Shown: one piece after another, positions 1 through 13,824 of the stretch | Layout of the letters: the number at the start of each line of letters is the position of its first letter | Position numbering within the stretch: position 1 is the stretch's first letter | NCBI GenBank assembly: GCA_951406725.2 | Contig: OX597831.1 | Location: 37,820,001 to 37,884,000, forward strand | From: Octopus vulgaris | Lineage: Eukaryota | Direction of reading: 5' to 3' | DNA: 64,000 nucleotides | The notes under the pieces: generated by a model | What the model was told of the DNA's origin: nothing | Databases searched by the model: none | Seen by the model: only the letters and a program-made list of their open reading frames with translations | Translations under genes and position numbers: made by a program

Positions 1-98
1 TCCTGTCCGTGTTTATTGTGTCGTCTTCTAAGAGTTATACGTTCTTGTCCATGTTGTATTTTTCTACATACCTTAATATATATATATATATATATAAA

Positions 99-136
<38 letters not shown>

Positions 137-209
137 AACACACACACACACACACATATATAACTAGCAGAGATACTTGCTCTTGCTCGGAATTGAAATG
201 GCATAGTAT

Positions 210-540
210 GTTTTATTGTTTCAGTCGTATGGATGCGGCGATGCTGGAGCACGGCCGTTGGTTGAACAAATCGCCTACAGAATTTATTTTTTGTAAGCCT
301 AGTACTTATTCTATCAGTGACTTTTGCCGAACCGCTAAGTTATGGGAATGTAAACACAGCTTCAACGTATGTCATGCAATGGTGGGGGTATAACCAGACA
401 CAGACACACAACACACAGACGCACACATACTTACACACACACACACGCACGCACAAATAACCACATATCTACAACAGCCTTCTTTCAGTTTCTGTGTAAG
501 AAATTCACTCAGAAGGTCTAGGTCGGCCTGAGGCTATAAA
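210..540 (-). mobile_element. SINE family 1 (tRNA-derived, internal CA/TA microsatellite), 5'-truncated
   Basis: Reverse complement of the tail (…gtgctccagcat…ctgaaacaa) and body (gcggttcggcaaaag…atagaataagtactaggcttaca) seen in the full copy at 49762-50176. Confidence 0.8.
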
Positions 541-1247
541 ATATTGTCCTACTTCGTTTCCCACTTCTGAATGGTTCGTGCGATTGTGAACCTTGTATTT
601 TTCTGATTTGGTATTTAAAGTTCCGTTTCTGCCTGCTTTACTATCCTGCTCATTCTATAATCTCAATATGTTTCACACCAAACACTTATCCTTAACAATC
701 TCACATCGCGCTTATTAGCATTGAATATAGTGTGAAGTAGCTCCCGAAATTATTGCTCGGTGTCAAATATGACAAAGGAAACTACAGCCAGTTTCCCAAC
801 TATGAATATTTATTCCCGCGGTTACCAATATCGGCTCCGAATTCCTCTAGTTTCGTTATTTCCATATTCCTAACTTCCCCAGCCTTTCTTTCTTACCACT
901 GAACGTTTTGTGTGATTGTCACATCATATCGTTGTGTCCTCTGATATTAAATGCACAGCAGCCAAGTAGCATAGTTGTATGATTGAACTAGTAAAATTGT
1001 CAAAATTTTGCGAGAAAGTCATTCGTAATACTCATATATTTCAACGTTTGAATTAATAGTTGTAACACATCAATATATACAATGCATTTATAAATTACAT
1101 GTTAAACATATGAAAATAGCCTTTCAACACGGCTTTACAATTATAAATGTTTATGTACAGTTCATTTCAGTTCACTGGAAAAAAAAATCTCTCTTTAAAA
1201 TATATATATATAATCCAGGAATATATAAAAAAAAAATTGGAAAAACC

Positions 1248-1900
1248 TTAAACAAACTGAGAAATTTTTTTTGGAAAATGTACAATTCTACCACTTTTAG
1301 TCTTTTTCACTTGGGTAGGGGATTTCAGAATTGACTTTTGAGTGTTTCCATTAACCTTAGATTTGTTGTTTTGAATATCCCTCTGTTTCAAATTATGTCG
1401 ATATATATTGCTCGCATCTTCATTTCCAAGACATGAATATTGGTTAAAATAAGCTTTTTTTACTCTGTCTAAACTGACAATCGCTTTGTTACCAAAGAGA
1501 TTTTTAGCGAAAGTCATAGTTGACAAAACTTTAAAAGGTCCCGTGTATTTTAATTTCAGTGAATTGTGAGTAGTATCATTACGTACAAATACATGAGTCC
1601 AAGAATTTATATCAGAAGGAACGAAACTTTTAACATTCTGTAATTTTCTCGTAAAAGAAGGAATATCAATAAGAAATCTCTGAAGACGTATTATATTAAC
1701 ATCTCCATTAAAAGAATTGAAATCATATAAAAATATGCTTTAACTGTATTTTCAGAATTCCTATATGAGCAGTTATTTCAACCAATGGGAAAACGACAAT
1801 CATATTTCTTCGACAATACGACATTACGTCATATTGCCAGTAACCACAAATTGGCGGTACTATTTGAAAATGTGTACACGCAACATCCGCTTTTCGCCAA
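1248..1900 (-). pseudogene. Decayed Ty3/Gypsy LTR-retrotransposon integrase C-terminal region
   Basis: Minus-strand translation gives WTHVFVRND…LKLKYTGPFKVL (GPY/F motif), VSLDRVKKAY and KTKSGRIVHFPKK, with a degenerate W…GI(R)NTVK core upstream. Contains stops and frameshifts. Confidence 0.8.
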
Positions 1901-2557
1901 AGTGGGGGACCGGTTTTTATAGCGGATGTTTTATGGTTACTGTTAGTGTAACGCTACTTTTATATGTCTCCTATTTGGAAATAGATAAATATATTTTACT
2001 TTTAAAGTAAAGTTATATATTGAGAAACCCGTCACTTATAACTTACTTATAAGTGTTATCATTATACGTAAATCGTGACCCCAGCTACATAAAGGCCATA
2101 GCGAGAAATATATTCTCTGAAACGCTAACGGACATTTTATGCGAGTATGTATGTTGAAGATAGATAAATTCATGTTCTTATAAACCGTTATAAAGAAATA
2201 CAGTTTCATAATTACAGAAATAAATTTCATTAATAAGTCGAAGGACGTGAAGAAAGAAAATAATCACTACATTATTTTATTTATGTACGTTTAGCATTTT
2301 TAATATTTATAATACAATTTGAAGTAAAGTAATTTTGTACTAGAGAATTACGACTTAAAATTTACACTAACTAATTCTTCACACTAACTATATAGATCTC
2401 AACAATTCAAACAAGTCTTGTTGGATTTTTCCTAGACATGGCATAAAAAATAACCAATGTCTCAAAGGAGTGAGTGTCGTGGAATTTGGTCACATCCCAC
2501 AAACACTAAAGTTTTCTCCCAAAATCCAGGGTTTTTTATAACTGCTCACTTGACTTT

Positions 2558-2722
2558 CAAGAATAGAAATCAAATAAAAATATTCTTTAACTAATTTTCA
2601 GAATACCTATATGAGCAGTAATTTCAACTAATGAGAAAACGACAATCATATTTCTTCGGCAACACGACATTACGTCATATTGCAAATTGTCGTTACTGTT
2701 TGAAAATGGCTACACGCTACAA
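2558..2722 (-). repeat. Local direct duplication of the Gypsy integrase segment at ~1712-1883
   Basis: ttttcagaat(a/t)cctatatgagcagt…gaaaacgacaatcatatttcttcg…cgacattacgtcatattgc occurs at both ~1750 and ~2595. Confidence 0.85.
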
Positions 2723-3727
2723 ACCCATCATATTGATGTGTCCTCTACTACTACTAAATATACAACCACCGAGTAGAATATTTGGCTGCCTTCCATTCAC
2801 CTAGTTTTCGATCCTCTGGCTTCCATCTTATAACATACTATCCAACAACACTCATCTGCGATTAGGTTCTCATCTTCTATCCATCCCTATTTCTGTTGGT
2901 TATTACGTGAACAATATACTCATCGTTGATGAGCTCGAAACGTCCTCTTGTTGCACTCCACTTACCAAACGAAATTACTGACACTGAATTTTTCTTCTGG
3001 ATTTATTAGCTAATATATAATTTGCTATTCTGGAAACAGCTCCTGTCTTCACAAAGTAAAGATATTTTAACTCAGTTAGTAAAGCAAGCTTGTCAATCTT
3101 GACAGGAATGTACAATAAATAAAATAAAATAAGTAAAAGCCAACAAAATACACATAAAATTAAAAATTAAATGCAAAAAACTTCTTTCAGTGACAATACA
3201 AAGAAAAGACATTACAGTATAATGGTTTTTATAATTTTTCTGTTTTTGTGTAATGGTTCAGCTTATTGTATTTCACGAAGTGGCAAAAATTTTAATTAAA
3301 GGATTTGTCTTTTTAATTTTTTATAAAATTCTTCATTCTACTGATTTTTAATTTTGTTTATTTTATTCAGCTGATTTATTTTGCATATTTTATTTTTGCG
3401 GTTTTAATTTGTGCTTCAGCACTCCAAGTACCTACCTATCAAACTTCGATGAGAATTTTTGCTTTGTGATTTGTTCTATTCTCAATAATTGACTAAATAA
3501 TGTATTTAGGAATCTCAATCATGTATTTTTTTATTCCTTTATATTTCTGCTATTCTTTTTTTTTGTCTTCCATTTGATTGATTGATTGCTTATTTTTGGC
3601 TTTTGTTTATTCGCAGCTTGTTTAATTTATTCTGTATTTTTATTTTCGTATATTTTGTATTTTGTTCAGAATTGTATTCTTAGCACATGGTTTAGTAATT
3701 GATCTTTTTTCAAAGATACTTTTTGTT

Positions 3728-4033
<306 letters not shown>

Positions 4034-4557
4034 AGTGCTAAACTTTTTTGTCGAAAAAGTTTTCACTTCAGCAAAATAGGAACGAATAAATGAACGAATC
4101 AAACATGAACATCGACTAAAAAAAAGAAGAAAAATTGAAAAAAAAAACACAAAACAAACAAAAAACAGCAACAAACGAAGCAAAAACAAATAAAAATATC
4201 CAACTATAATTTATAACAAACTTTAAAATAGAATACTTAACAACAACAACAATAGCAACAACAGTATCAACAATCAACATACTAATAGAAAAAAAAACAA
4301 ATCATAATAAAAGTGAACCAAATAGAGTTAACACCAAATTTTAGTAAATAAAATTTAAAATAGCTGCTCCATATTTAAAATTAGCCAGACAATCAGACCA
4401 GACACTTGGATACATACCATTGATTCGCAGGAATTAAATTGAGTGTAATAAGCTGTGAAACACACTAAAATAAAACGCTAATGTTATCTAAATGCTGTCT
4501 TTCAGCCAGCCATTCGTTCGATCTTTCTTTATTTTTAATTCAATTTCATACTGATGG

Positions 4558-4592
4558 TATTATTATCATCATAATCGTTATTATTATTGTTA

Positions 4593-4639
<47 letters not shown>

Positions 4640-4685
4640 GTTTGTTGTTGTTGTTGTTGTTTTTGTTGTTTTTGTTGTTGTTGTT
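4558..4685. repeat. (ATT)n/(GTT)n microsatellite
   Basis: Directly visible. Confidence 0.97.
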
Positions 4686-4883
4686 ATTTGATTCATTTTT
4701 CTCAGCATGATCAGACAAATTAGTTGTAGCTCTAAGCACAAAAGAAATAAATCACATCCTATTAGCAAGAATGATGAAATGTATACACAATCTCACAGAC
4801 ACACGCGCATACATAATCAGACAGTGGCACACACATACACACACACACCTTGTTGTGTGCAATTATCTGTGTATATCTGTAAG

Positions 4884-4934
<51 letters not shown>

Positions 4935-5299
4935 ATATATAACGCTTACATATACATATGTATATAAATACGTAATACGCATATATGAATATATATGGTT
5001 ATATAGAGATATGTACACATCGTTTCATGTATTTGTATGTATATATAGATACAATATGTGTGTTTAAAACCATATGGATGCTCTTTACTACGAATTATTT
5101 AATCTCGTGCAATAGCATATCGGGGATTGTATTGTTGAATAGTTTTCTCTCTGCTTGGCTTTGGCGAGAGCGTTCATGATATCAATGCTTAATTACTTTG
5201 ATGGAGACCTCGGGAAAGACATTTTATACATAGTGAATGCAGTGGAGAAGCTGTATAAGCTATAGTGAAGCATTGTCATTTTGTAGTTAAGTTAAAAGA

Positions 5300-7150
5300 C
5301 TGCTGTCCCCCAGGAGATGTGCAGTACATCTGCACTATGTGGGTCAGATGAGAGGTATGTGAAATGTGAATGTAATTTAATGGTTACAATTTTATCATTA
5401 CTTGTTTTTATTTGTTTTGAAAGCGAGACAGAAAAAACGTTCAAGCATATAATCCACGAACAACTACTTATAGGTGAAAGTTTCACCACACCACCAGCCG
5501 ACGAGTGCAGAATCAAACATATCCTACATCTTCGAAAGCGTAAACTGGTAATTATCTTTATGATGGATATGGAACCGAAACGTATCTCAGAGATATACTA
5601 TGATGGTGCTTTTCTTTCACTGATACTGCTTATGTCCACCATATCAGTATCACCGAAATTTAAGTAGCGTTGCTTGTGTGGAATCTATTAGATTTTGTTT
5701 GGAACGATTGGACCGCCATTTGAAACAACGGCTGATTTACTTAATGGCAAAGGACTAGAAAATGTGGAGACTACATTTAATTCCCTCAATGCTACAGTCT
5801 TCTTGACAGTTTCGTTGGATATTAACAGAAATCTCGTCTTTCGTTGAAATCTTTTTGTTTATCGCTAGACACTTTTGATTAGTCACACTCCTGACATACT
5901 CGCGAAAGTCACGAATAATTTTTATTTCCAGTAGAAATACAAAATTCTGTGTGAAGCAAGTCTAATACCTTACTCGCCACGATGCATTAAGATTGGTCAC
6001 CATTTGCGCCTACCGACTAGCAAAGTACTCCATTCGAAATTATTCCAAGGAGAAGATAGTGAATATATTGCGTCATTTAAATTAAATTTCCTTAAGAAAT
6101 AGACTGGAAGCTTCATATTTAGAGCAAGAAGAAGATAATACATGAACTTTGAATTTTATTTAAGTGTCAGTAAATACAATGCCAAATGACAATGATGGAC
6201 CGAACGTGTTGCATTTTATAAAAACTTACACTTTGGGTTGCACTGAAAAGGGACTAAAATCAAAAATATTTTATAGATTTTTTTAGGTCCATAAATGCGC
6301 TCTAGCAGTACATTTGTAGTAATTTTCAAACGATTCAAGAAAATGATTACTCTTTTGTCACTAATTATAATTACTGTGCTAGTTAACTAGCGCAATGATT
6401 CTAAATACAATGTTATTACACATTTAGAAGATTATTCCTTAGACCACTTATTATTCAGCTTAGGTTTGTTGGTTCTGCAGCAATCATGCATCCAAGAATT
6501 GTTACTGCACATTTGAAATTCTTACTTTCAAATGAACGTCCCTCAATCTTGGTTAACGGTTTTACGTAGCTTACGACCGCTAAACAGAGCGGATAGTTCA
6601 GTTCTATACACTTGTTGCAATAAGTTCATTGTTTTTGTTACGTCTAACGGTGGATATGCATCAACAAACTCTGTTCTTTTCACTGTGGACAATACATTTT
6701 ACCGCACTCATTGTCTAACACACATCCACGTTTCTCTATAAGATTGTCCAAGTATCCTGGCGAATATTCAGTGAATCTCTAACTTTAGTTCTCTAGGGAA
6801 TATTCAGGCGTCTTCGATAGTCATAATTCTAAAAAAAAACTTTACACAATTTTTACGTCGAAGCATAAACTTCCTTACAAACATACCGTCAAGTCTATAC
6901 TCTTGGAATCTTTCAGACTTTGCCGATTCGTTTAAATGTTTTCGATTTACTTTTCAAGAAAAAGATTTGAAAGTTTCTCCTTCTGTTTCAATAAATCATA
7001 CATGGTAGACTATCTAACCTCAGTGTACTCAGATATATATTTTACAGGATTGTATTCCTGTACTTTTTCCGCAACTATACCATTTCAAACAGAGATCATG
7101 TTTTATATATGTAAGCTTTCTAACACTATCACCAATTGGTGCTCTGCTAG
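5300..7150 (-). pseudogene. Highly decayed pogo/Tigger (Jerky/CENP-B-like) DNA transposase
   Basis: Minus-strand fragments in the expected order: EY…STMYDLLKQKEKL (psq HTH, ~7030-6965), RQSLKDSKSIDLD, EYSPGYL, RKLRKTV, AVTILGCMIAA (DDE_1 start), LNDAIYSLSSPWN. Many stops; boundaries approximate. Confidence 0.65.
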
Positions 7151-7544
7151 ATATCTTAGTTGACTTCGTGAAGGACCAAATTTATGAAATTTATAGGGGT
7201 ATATCATTAGAATACTGCGAGATGCTGTGTAAACTGCTCTGAGTATCATCTCATTGCCAAATACACGAAATAATGTGGCCCTTGTTAAACCCTTTGCATG
7301 GGGATCCTTGAACCGGAGACGGATTAATATTTACTTTTCTTTTGTACATACACACATATTTACTCATACATGCACAAACAAATGTGTACATGTACGAGTA
7401 AGAGATAACTATTGTAAAATTCTGAGGCAAGCAGAATAACAAACTAGTGATAAATGGTGCCTGACACCTGAAAATAACTGTGAATGGAAAAGTGAAAAAC
7501 AGCAACACAAAAACAGTACAATAAAGGTATATATGGCACTAAAT

Positions 7545-7857
7545 ATAAGAGGAGAGGCGCTATCGTTTCAACTAATACACTTACCGAAAGTGAAGAAACT
7601 AATGAAGACATGAGAGAAGGATTCCATCGTTTCAATTAATATGCTTAACGAAAGTGAGGAAAATAATGAAGAAAAGGTCTTGGTCGTTTCAATTAATACA
7701 CTTTATGAAAAGGGAGAAAAGTAGTGAAGAAATAACAGAAGGGCTCGATTGCTTTAATTAATACCTTTAACGAAAGTGAAGGGAATAATGAAGAAATAAG
7801 AGAAGGTTTCTATTGTTTTAATTAATAGACTTAACAAAGGTGAAGAAAAATAATGAG
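7545..7857. repeat. Degenerate minisatellite, ~5 x ~62 bp
   Basis: Unit approx. atcgtttcaattaatacacttaacgaaagtgaagaaaataatgaagaaataagagaagg, starting near 7562, 7626, 7683, 7748 and 7812. Confidence 0.9.
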
Positions 7858-7964
7858 CGTTACAATACTCACAGTTGAAATGAAGATTACCAACTTACAA
7901 TGTTTGATTACATGGTCGGTCTTGTGCGGGCATGTACGTATGTGTTTATCTTTTTGGTCGCATT

Positions 7965-8395
7965 ATCTTTTTATTTGTTTCAGTCCTTAGGTTGCAGCCA
8001 TGCTTGACCACCACTTTGACGAAATTTAGTCAAACGAATCAACTACTGTACAAATAACTTTAGAAGCCTGGTAATTATTTTATCGGATCTTCTACCATAA
8101 CGTCAAGTTACGGGGATGTAAACACACCAACACCGGCAGCGGGGAACACAGCAACACAATCATACACAAATACACTCTCGCACATACACATACACACACG
8201 TACAGATATTCATATATATATGTATATATATACATATAACAGGCCTCTTTTCGTTATTTTGTCTACAAAATCCACTCATTTGTAAGGTGTTAGTTGCCCC
8301 ATGGATACAGTTGAAGACGCATTTCGAAGGTACCACTGAGTGGAACCCGAGACCATATCCTTGGGAAGCAAACTTTTACCACACAGTCACGCTTA
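7965..8395 (-). mobile_element. SINE family 1, near full-length diverged copy
   Basis: Tail at ~7970, internal CA/TA tract at ~8150-8240, head (gcgtgactgtgtggtaaaagtttgcttccc on minus) at ~8340-8395. Confidence 0.8.
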
Positions 8396-8467
8396 CGCCT
8401 ATGCCACATACAAATTATGCACACGTAAACACACATAGACACCTCTCTGAAACATACATATAGACAC

Positions 8468-8483
8468 AGACATGTATATATAT

Positions 8484-8574
<91 letters not shown>

Positions 8575-8578
8575 TATA
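8468..8578. repeat. (TA)n microsatellite
   Basis: Directly visible. Confidence 0.97.
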
Positions 8579-9131
8579 GAGAACTTAGGGTCAGATAGAT
8601 TGACACTTTCAGTGGCCAACATATAAAGAAACTGATTAAGAACTGATGGCTAATCACCTCAGTGTCCTGACATTTATTCCCTGATGCATTGTGACATTAT
8701 AACCCTCTAGTTAAATGTAGTTCATATACTTTAGTGGATAACGAATTACAGGTAATTAATGTTGATTAATGTAATTAACTATCATTGAGTTGTTGGTAAT
8801 TAAATGATTTCTCGTAGAATTATGGATATTTAATATCATTCAGTGGTCTTATTAGAAATAATTCTAGCAGCATTGATAAACAAACATAAAACTGTCACAC
8901 AGTATACATACAAAGATAATATTATACTCAAAAGAGAAGAGAAATTCCTGCTCTAGTACGCATTAAGGGTCCACTAATCAGAAACAGAACAGTGAGGAAG
9001 AAACAAGAAATGAAATGGTGTTGCAATAAGAAGCAAGTTTTCATAATTTTGCATTATCCTCGCAGGCGACCGGGTTCAAAATGTTGCAACAAGCTGCAAT
9101 GCAAGTTAGAGCGTAAAGTAATATACTCTCA

Positions 9132-9458
9132 TGTCTGGGGAGAGTCATTTTCTTTTTGTGCCTTATAATTTAACACACTCACCGGTAATATTTCCACTTC
9201 TCTCTTTTTTTTATTTTCCTAAAATTTTCGTTGCGTCTTGCAACCTTTTGAATAGTCTTGATGAAACATTGAAAATGTTGCAAGACGAGACGAAAATTTT
9301 AGGAAAATAACAATAAGAAATGAGTGGAAATTTTACTGGTGAGTGTGTTAAATGATAAAGCACAAAAAGAAAATGACTCTCCCCAGACACAACAGAATAT
9401 GCTTCAATACACGAACTCACATAAAGAATTTTGCAAACCAAATCCAAAAACGAAATAT
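9132..9458 (+). mobile_element. Fold-back (palindromic) retroposed element, copy 1, Penelope-like
   Basis: Inverted arms 9132-9255 / ~9267-9389 plus a unique ~65-bp tail. Imperfect TSD aatatactctca (9120-9131) / aatatacagtca (9454-9465). Second copy at 54773-55114. Confidence 0.85.
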
Positions 9459-9497
9459 ACAGTCACAAATTTTGAAAATGATATTTTAAATAAAATA

Positions 9498-9885
9498 TTG
9501 GTTTGAAATTTTTAACACGAGGCTAGCAATTGGGTGGGTGAGTGTAAGTGGATTACATGGCCCCCAGTTCTCACTGTTAATCATTTTATAGGCCCCGAAA
9601 AGATGAAAGATATTGTCGATCTCAGGTAGAATTTTAACTGAGGACGGATGAAATAACACTAAGAGTGTTACCTAGCGGGATGATTTTCGCATCTCACACA
9701 GTTTTTTTGAGTAAAGAATTGGTTTCAAATTTTGGTAAAAGAGCAAATTTTGGGGGAAGGAGGGAAGTGCTACTTATTCTATCGATCCAGAAACACAGGA
9801 AAGTTGCCCTTGGTGGAATTTGAACACAAAAACTGACGAAATGCCACTAAGAACTCGCCCGGCGTGCTGACGATTCTGATAACTT
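9498..9885 (-). mobile_element. Two adjacent old copies of SINE family 2
   Basis: Degenerate ccccgaaaagatgaaag, ggaatttgaac and cgcccggcgtgctgacgattctg motifs. Confidence 0.65.
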
Positions 9886-10135
9886 TAATTTTGAGTAAAA
9901 TATTGAAAGAATGTTTTATCACCATGAAATTCTTTTCAATATCCCAACTATTCTATCCTGAACTCTGTAAAATTTTCCGTTAGAATAATATTTCTCTTAT
10001 TCGAAATGTATTCTGGATATAATAGGAGAAATTTCACTGTTACATGGAATTCGTGATCAGCAACATGACGATTATTTTATTATATAAAAGGTTAAAATTT
10101 TAGCTGTATAACTTAACTGTTTCTATCGTCCTTAC

Positions 10136-10240
10136 CATGACAGAATTCTTTGTGCATTTCACTGCCATTTCACGACTTCCGTTTGTTAACGCATCCAAAA
10201 TACAAGCCTTTTATGCTAAGCAAAATTACTCTCTTTAAAT
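10136..10240 (-). other. Candidate 105-nt exon (probably 5'UTR or first coding codons)
   Basis: Minus strand: acceptor tctcatttcag| and donor ATG|gtaagg. All three frames contain a stop, but an internal ATG gives MAVKCTKNSVM up to the donor. Confidence 0.35.
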
Positions 10241-11249
10241 CTGAAATGAGACGCCAATGGAATCGTGTGAATTTGCTGCAGTTATCCATTAGAACAAATT
10301 AAACGACAACACCGCTAAAATCCACCTCATTTATTTGCATGTAGTCAATCACCAACAAATTCAGAGGCAAACTCCCTTCACCCTATGAAATTTATAACGT
10401 AACAAAACGGCAACTGTTCTGTGGAGTTTGCTGGTTGCGTACCGAAACTATCCTCTTTAAGTCGAAATGCATTATATATATATATATATATCTTATTCAT
10501 TATTTTCTAGTTTCCTTAAGACCTGAAGCGGAGAAAGACAGTAAACGGACTCTACCCCGACTCAGGAACCGAGTAATGCTAGGCATTTTACGAATAAACA
10601 GATCTAAAAATTAGCTATTTGTCCTGCTATGGCAAAGTAAAATTATACTATACAGGTATGTGTTTGTATATAAGCATACATATATATATATATGTATACA
10701 CACACACATAGAGATATATTCTCCGGCGTCTATGTACCTACACATACACACACGCGCACATACGCATGCTCAAATATGGGAATATATAAATGTAAATATA
10801 CTAGCCTTGCGTAGTTTATGAATTAGTTAGTTTTAGATATCGCATACAATTACCGGTAACTAATTCAGATATAACTCAATATGTGAGGCATATAGATCTC
10901 GCGAGGCCAATTTGAATGTTTGTTTCGATAGATCGCGCTTTAATTTACATGTTTTAAATTTACATCTAATTTTGTGGTCCTATATGTGTTGTAAGAATTT
11001 TGAAATATGTACTTTTACCTATGGAGAATACCGATAACTACATGATACACCTAAAGTAATATTTATACTAATATTTACCACGTTAACTCTCGCATCTCCT
11101 GTTTATGTGGTGCTTGCTTAATTACAAATCTCTTCCATGTTTTCAATGAAGAAACATATTGTATTTGAATGAAGATCCTACATGTAAATAAAAACTTGAT
11201 TAATACAAAGGAACATTCGAATAGTCCTCACAAGTAAACTCTATACATC

Positions 11250-11599
<350 letters not shown>

Positions 11600-11600
<1 letters not shown>

Positions 11601-12300
11601 CACAATGTCGTTTGTAAAATCGCATTTTTTATTTCGCGTTTCGGCAATCATCAGTTAAATATAAATACTACTCGGTTTGGTGATATATTTATATATAGGG
11701 ATATGCTGGCAGTCTCTTGCATGTGTCTGTTCATTGGTTAGCTTTCTATGCTTGCTGATTGGTTGTTATTTAGGAACGTATTCACTATTGATTTCATTCT
11801 TCCTTTGTGACTTGGTTTTTATTTTCCTTGTAATTTTTGATTCACTGGTGTGATTTTGTTATATTTTGTTGACTTATTTTTCCATGCCTAACACTTATGG
11901 GCTTATATCTGTATACTGGACATATCTGCTTATATTATTGACGTAGTATGAATTGGTTTCCGCCAATTTTATTTTGGTACGAACCGTACTTTGTTTGTGA
12001 ATACTGGTGTCATGGCATGGCGTTTGTATTTGCGTGATTAGGCTTTGTTCGAGTCAAGTAATTTTTAAAACTTATTTGAATGAGTGTACGTGGAGGTGTC
12101 GAGAATGTAACAATAAGTGTTAAACAAAATGAGGATATATCTATAAATGGAAACGTGCAGGAGTGCTTGATATTGCAAACTCTATTTCATAGTTGAGTGA
12201 CTTTTAGTAATGTGTTAGAGATTTTGATTTGATCAAGACTGAATAAGATATTTACATTGCGAGTCGTTTGAATTGCAGTACGATTTATTTAATTTTTCTC
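11600..12300 (-). mobile_element. Probable Penelope-like element 3' remnant with hammerhead relic
   Basis: Minus strand ends in CTGATGAttgccGAAACGCG (11635-11654) just before a (TA)/(TG) tract. The upstream part has weak resemblance to the end of a GIY-YIG domain (ILDT…KLL). Confidence 0.4.
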
Positions 12301-13223
12301 TTATACGGTTCAAAATATATTCATAGCTAAAGGAAAAGGATCATTCTTTTTCATCATAAATCTCCGTAAAAGGGAACTAAATCACATCGAGAATCGAAAT
12401 TTGAAGCATTAATTAATTGAAATATGAATGATGACCGAGAATTTCACATCTTTAACCTTAAATTATCTACTTGCAGTACAATTTGAAGTCATATCTCATA
12501 CGGCCGTGTATTTTGAAGATATCGATAGGGGTGGCAATCTATCGTTAGCATCTCAAGTTATGTAGTAAAAATTTCCACGGTGGCTTCAGTTCCTAATTTT
12601 TTAGATTTGTATTCAATGCCATTTAATCACACATTAATTTTGATTTCTCAAAACTTTATTGAAACACGTACAATTACTTACAAACATACTTTTATTCGGA
12701 CTTAGTATATTTGGTGTTATAACATTTAATGTGTTCTTCATTTCGCCCTGTATACGTCCAGACAGAATTGGTTGCTATTTGTAGCAGGAAGAGTGGCGAC
12801 GTACAGGCTGCCGAGTTGGCTCATTTTAGTTAGATATTCTTCTGGATTGCCTTCATGCTAATTCTAAATTAGCAATCCTATGACCCAAAGCCTTCGGAGC
12901 CTAGCCATCCGCTGCATCCCCATGTACAGTGTACACAGAAATTCCTGCTGTGTGTGTTTTCTTGTTCAGTGTGGGAGAATATAATTTGAAATTAATATTG
13001 CTGACTCTAGGAGATTAACCCTTCGTAGAGAGGAAATGATTTTAGTTATGGCAGTATATCCTCAATAGAAAAGATCCTAAAGCTCTGTTGACACTATATT
13101 ATTTGAGGCTGTGGGTGTGATATCATGGATATTTGGCTGTTTGATGGATATAATGAAAATCATGGTTTTCATATTTGTGTGGGTTACCTAAGCACAGTAA
13201 AATACATTCAACTGTTTTCTCAC

Positions 13224-13824
13224 CGCCAGTATGAAAATACTAATTTGTGAAACCAATGAACGAGTCTGTACATGGTAAACATAGCACCCATATTTTCCTC
13301 CCATCAGGACGAAGCTTCTTGTGAAAAAAAAGGAAGAAATATATTTTAGAAACTCATCCAATCACCACATATTCCTGGTTAGAAAAACTTCGATTATAAT
13401 CTGTTCGATATGGGCTGATCTGAAGCTGAATATAACAACATCAATGAGAACTGCAACAATAACACAAAGAGCAAAATATGGCCTTCCGTTCCCTCAACTT
13501 GTAATATATTTTATTATCACAATTAACCCCAGTATATTATTGCATCAATGAAATATTGATGCCAAAAATATGGCTGCTACCTAACGATAGTCTCTAATAC
13601 TAGAAAAGGTGGATTATTTAAGATGTGGAATACCGTAATAGCGGTCAACCTGATAAATTTCCTGGCAATTATTTCTTTGAAACTAGAACGATATAAAGAA
13701 GGAATGTATAGAATAAGAAATATCGAACCCACAGTGATTTGGGCATGGAACCGAAAGGCGCATATTCTGAGAGGATGTATCGCCCAGCACTCGAACGAAG
13801 CAGCTAATCTGTAGATCATTTCCT
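13224..13824 (-). other. Candidate 601-nt exon (long 5'UTR; 27-codon ORF start at 13304 running to the donor)
   Basis: Acceptor ttatttatttcag| at 13825 and donor GCG|gtgaga at 13223, in repeat-free complex sequence. ATG at 13304 gives MGGKYGCYVYHVQTRSLVSQISIFILA. Confidence 0.35.

Noticed and set aside
7545-7857. CRISPR-like periodicity
   Set aside because: Eukaryotic context, whole units are homologous, no unique spacers and no cas genes.
13577-13819. 80-aa ATG ORF at the start of the candidate exon
   Set aside because: No recognisable homology; at most a uORF.
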